From Candidatus Omnitrophota bacterium (GTDB taxonomy: Bacteria; Omnitrophota; Gorgyraeia; JAFGHF01): DNA of 64,000 bases. A program made the position numbers and the translations under genes. Positions 61,319 to 64,000 of the stretch are shown here, one piece after another; positions within the stretch are counted from its first letter, which is position 1, and the number at the start of each line of letters is the position of its first letter. Where the stretch lies: assembly GCA_020341815.1 (NCBI GenBank), contig CP070837.1, forward strand, positions 1,044,575 to 1,108,574, read 5' to 3'. The notes beneath the pieces are model-generated. The model did not search any database. It worked only from the letters and a program-made list of their open reading frames with translations, and had not been told where the DNA came from.

Positions 61319-61498
61319 ATGACAGAAAAGGAGATTCTTGCAAAGATAGAAGATTACATGAGGAAGAATAATCTCCGGCAGTACGAATTGGCAAAAAAGT
61401 TAGGCGTTCCAGAGTCGACACTTAATAGGTGGCTTAAAGAGAAAACAAATATCTCAAATGCCTACCTGGCCATTTTAAAAAGAGAAGGGATTATTTAA
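61319..61498 (+). CDS. small HTH (XRE/cI-like) transcriptional regulator, probably leaderless
   Basis: HTH LRQYELAKKLGVPESTLNRWL. Start revised from the track's TTG to the ATG at 61319. Confidence 0.6.
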   Translation: MTEKEILAKIEDYMRKNNLRQYELAKKLGVPESTLNRWLKEKTNISNAYLAILKREGII

Positions 61499-61631
61499 AA
61501 AATTTTTAAGGAAAATATTAGCATATGCCAAAGCAAGCGTTAATAGAAAAGAGAGCAAAGCAAGGCAAAGAAATTTTTTTGCCCAATAAATTAGCATATG
61601 CCAAAGCAAATAAAGGAAAGGAGAGAGAGCT

Positions 61632-61838
61632 ATGTCAGAGCTGGCAAGGAAGATAGGGGATAATATCCGCCATTATCGCACGGAGAAGAAGCTGACGCAG
61701 GCGCAACTGGCCAAGAAGGCCAAGTTGAGCCGCGGTTATATCTGCAGAATTGAGCATGGCAGGGTTAATATGTATTTAACGACTCTTTTTGAACTTGCCA
61801 AGGTCCTTGGGGTTAGCTGCCGGGATCTGGTTAAATAA
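61632..61838 (+). CDS. XRE-family HTH transcriptional regulator
   Basis: LTQAQLAKKAKLSRGYICRIEHG HTH. Strong SD aggaaaggagag. Two copies of attagcatatgccaaagcaa upstream. Confidence 0.8.
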   Translation: MSELARKIGDNIRHYRTEKKLTQAQLAKKAKLSRGYICRIEHGRVNMYLTTLFELAKVLGVSCRDLVK

Positions 61839-61853
61839 AAAGGAGAGCCTGAT

Positions 61854-61988
61854 ATGGAGAGCAAAGAGAAGCCGGTCGCGGGAGAAAGGATTAATCAGTT
61901 TATTATCGAGTGCTTATTTAATAAGTACTTCGAGGAGCAGAAGGATAAAGAAGTAGTCGTCAAGAAGGAAGAAGTCGCAGCCCAATGA
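61854..61988 (+). CDS. 44-aa acidic small ORF translationally coupled to the serine recombinase (possible recombination directionality factor)
   Basis: Manually translated as MESKEKPVAGERINQFIIECLFNKYFEEQKDKEVVVKKEEVAAQ. SD aaaggagag. TGA overlaps the recombinase ATG (ATGA). Confidence 0.35.
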   Translation: MESKEKPVAGERINQFIIECLFNKYFEEQKDKEVVVKKEEVAAQ

Positions 61989-63622
61989 AACAGGCAATTG
62001 CCTATTTAAGAAAATCAACAGACTTACAAGAAGCCTCTTTGGAGCAGCAGAGGGAGAAAATCCTCCTGTTTGCAGAAGAGCATTCTATTAAAGTGATTGA
62101 GTTCTTTGCCGAGGAGGCCTGCGGCGAGAATGTCGAAGGCCGGCCGCAATTCCGCAGGATGATAGATTGCTGTAAAGGACAGGATAACTTTCAATACGTG
62201 TTTGTATATGATATCTCCCGATGGGGCAGATTTGAGAATCCGAAGGAAGCTGTATATTGGGAAGTAGAAATAGAGAAGGCAGGCAAAAAGCTTGTTTTTG
62301 TTTCGGAAGGTTTTAAGGAAGACAATATAGGCACCTCAATTACAAATTTTGTAAAGAGCGCAGAGGCCTCAGAATATCTAAAGAATATCCGGCGGCAGAC
62401 GACAAGGGGCATGATTTACAACGCAAAGCAGGGCTTTTGGATGGGCGGCAGGCCTCCTTATGGATATGACCGGGCTATTGTTGAAAACGGAAAGATAATC
62501 GGGGTTTTGCCGCAAGGGAAGCAGAAGGGCATAAAAGATCAGAAAATAAAGCTTGTTATAAATAAGCAGCAGGCCAAGGTGATAAGGATAATATATATCA
62601 TGTTTGCGAAGCAAGGCCTGTCGGTGCGCTCTATAGCTACTTACTTAAATCAAAGCCGATATTCTCCTCCAAGGGGCCGGATGTGGACAAAATCAGCCCT
62701 CTGGCGGATGTTACATAATGAGGTTTATATCGGGATGTTAGTGTATAACCGGGAAAATAAACACAAGAGGCACGGCAGACATAAATATAACCCTAAAGAC
62801 AAATGGATAATTGTAGAGAATGCCCACCAGCCGATAATTCCTCTGGAGCTTTGGGAAATGGCCCAGGCAAGGACAAATCAGGCCTTTGCAGGCGGAAGGT
62901 TTGTGTCCAGAGGAAACAGGCCGCGGAGCAATTATCTTTTATCAGGACTTATAAAATGCGGGAAATGCGGCTCTAACTTTCATGGCAGCCGCTATCATAG
63001 AAAACATTCCATAACCAGAGTATATTGCTGCGGCGGTTATAATATGTATGGTAACAATGTCTGCGCCAGATGGGAAGTGAATGCCGGTGAGCTCGAAGAC
63101 TTTGTCTTAAAATATATACAGGGCAAAATAGATAATCCTATATGGCGCAAGGAGTTAAGACAGGAACTCTTGAAGATGGTTAAAATTGCAGAAGGCAAAT
63201 CAGGCGGCAGGCTGCACGAGCTTGACAAAGAAATCAAAGAAGTGTCTCTAAAGATAGAGAACTGGAAAAGAGCCATTGAAAAAGGCGTAGAATTGGATAA
63301 TGCCGTCAGTATTATCAATAAATATGTATTTCAGAGGCAGCAATTATATCAGGAAAAGGGCAGGCTGTCGGCAAAAGTGCATAACGGCAGCGCCGATAAG
63401 GCCGTAGAGAAGATGCTGTCTTATCTGGACGACTTCAAAGACATATTGAGCTATGGCGAGCCGGAAAGGAAAAAGGACTTTATCAGGCTGTTTGTTAAGG
63501 GTGTTATGATGAATCCTGAGACGAGAGAAGCCAAAATAACCCTTTACAGGCGGCCGAAATCTGGTATAATATTAGGACCTGAAAAGTGCGAGTTGACAGA
63601 AGAAATAGTCTATCAGAATTGA
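61985..63622 (+). CDS. large serine recombinase (integrase)
   Basis: N-terminal resolvase catalytic domain AIAYLRKSTDLQ (Ser nucleophile). Recombinase domain. C-terminal zinc-ribbon CGKCG ... CCGG ... C and coiled coil. Confidence 0.85.
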   Translation: MKQAIAYLRKSTDLQEASLEQQREKILLFAEEHSIKVIEFFAEEACGENVEGRPQFRRMIDCCKGQDNFQYVFVYDISRWGRFENPKEAVYWEVEIEKAGKKLVFVSEGFKEDNIGTSITNFVKSAEASEYLKNIRRQTTRGMIYNAKQGFWMGGRPPYGYDRAIVENGKIIGVLPQGKQKGIKDQKIKLVINKQQAKVIRIIYIMFAKQGLSVRSIATYLNQSRYSPPRGRMWTKSALWRMLHNEVYIGMLVYNRENKHKRHGRHKYNPKDKWIIVENAHQPIIPLELWEMAQARTNQAFAGGRFVSRGNRPRSNYLLSGLIKCGKCGSNFHGSRYHRKHSITRVYCCGGYNMYGNNVCARWEVNAGELEDFVLKYIQGKIDNPIWRKELRQELLKMVKIAEGKSGGRLHELDKEIKEVSLKIENWKRAIEKGVELDNAVSIINKYVFQRQQLYQEKGRLSAKVHNGSADKAVEKMLSYLDDFKDILSYGEPERKKDFIRLFVKGVMMNPETREAKITLYRRPKSGIILGPEKCELTEEIVYQN

Positions 63623-63756
63623 AAGAGACCCCTTGGGGTCGCCAGATTATATACTTCTTTAGTTCCCAACCGGAACAAAAGAGGGGTTTGGGGAGAAAAA
63701 AGTGTTTTTTCTCCCCAAGGGCAACTTCTTCTTTGCGTAAGGAAAGAAAAATATTA

Positions 63757-63790
63757 AAAAGAAAACCATCAGGGTTTTCTTTTTAAGGAG
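63757..63790 (+). terminator. rho-independent terminator after the recombinase region
   Basis: gaaaacc-atca-gggttttc hairpin followed by ttttt. Preceded by a 12-bp-stem hairpin ggggagaaaaaa/ttttttctcccc at about 63698-63724. Confidence 0.5.
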
Positions 63791-63800
63791 CGAAGCGACC

Positions 63801-63865
63801 CGGTTGCGGGTCGCCATCGATTCAGACACTCTTGTAACTTACGCAGTTATAAGAGGTTAAATAAA
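63801..63865. repeat. right direct repeat (putative attR) containing a degenerate tRNA-Glu 3'-end remnant
   Basis: Matches 52482-52545. The upstream gcgacccggttgcgggtcgcca looks like a deletion derivative of the tRNA T-arm/acceptor end. Confidence 0.7.
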
Positions 63866-63897
63866 TTGTTTCTAGCCTAGAAAGAGGAGGGCGGACG

Positions 63898-64000
63898 TGG
63901 ATAAAAGTCGATTAGCAGTTTTTATTGATTATGAGAATATTTACATAGGCATGAAGAAACAATTTTCAGCAATTCCGAATCCGGATAAAATAGTAGCTCT
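63898..64000 (+). CDS. NYN/LabA-like domain protein (3' partial, continues beyond the window)
   Basis: Begins VDKSRLAVFIDYENIYIGMKK, a typical NYN-domain N-terminus, after an SD agaggagg. Confidence 0.5.

Larger units (their letters stand above)
52497..63865. mobile_element. integrated AT-rich genomic island / integrative element at tRNA-Glu (~11.4 kb)
   Basis: Bounded by the imperfect 64-bp direct repeats. A large serine recombinase sits at the right end. Cargo includes restriction-modification-like genes, a kinase and HTH regulators. Lower GC than the flanking gyrA and NYN genes. Confidence 0.7.

Overview
This window contains the chromosomal replication origin of a moderate-GC bacterium. 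The origin layout is rnpA-rpmH (minus strand) | DnaA-box clusters | dnaA-dnaN-DUF721(DciA-like)-gyrB-gyrA (plus strand). To the left of the origin is a long minus-strand housekeeping block. It holds the yidC/yidD, parAB, ndk, yicC-remA-gmk-rpoZ-coaBC cluster, a tRNA-Cys/LAGLIDADG/tRNA-Leu/tRNA-Val cluster, thrS-infC(AUU start)-rpmI-rplT, a trk potassium-uptake cluster interrupted by a secreted FGE-domain cassette, pheST, rarA, rny, xseAB, dxs, the porDABG 2-oxoacid:ferredoxin oxidoreductase operon, gltX, tRNA-Gln and tRNA-Leu. At the 5' end is a plus-strand FIST / histidine kinase / REC-GGDEF-like signalling module. To the right of gyrA sit a tRNA-Glu(UUC) and an AT-rich integrated element of about 11.4 kb (about 52497-63865). 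The element is bounded by imperfect 64-bp direct repeats, one of which contains the tRNA-Glu 3' end. It carries an unusual restriction-modification-like operon (two C5-cytosine methyltransferases, one fused to a Vsr-like endonuclease domain; a DUF3883 protein; a small PD-(D/E)xK-like protein), a Zn-ribbon Ser/Thr kinase, an HExxH protein, a cI/Cro-like HTH switch with a leaderless repressor, and a large serine recombinase. Other notable features: a 531-aa LAGLIDADG/HTH-containing intein in the GyrB Toprim motif; a free-standing LAGLIDADG endonuclease packed between tRNA genes; two AT-rich copies of a nucleotidyltransferase-plus-small-protein module, one wedged inside the por operon; a repeated ~120-bp palindromic intergenic element in two same-orientation operon junctions; and several sub-60-aa ORFs missing from the ORF track (rpmH, a 42-aa TM peptide ATGA-coupled between trkA and trkH, a Jag_N-like mini-ORF, a 44-aa ORF coupled to the recombinase).
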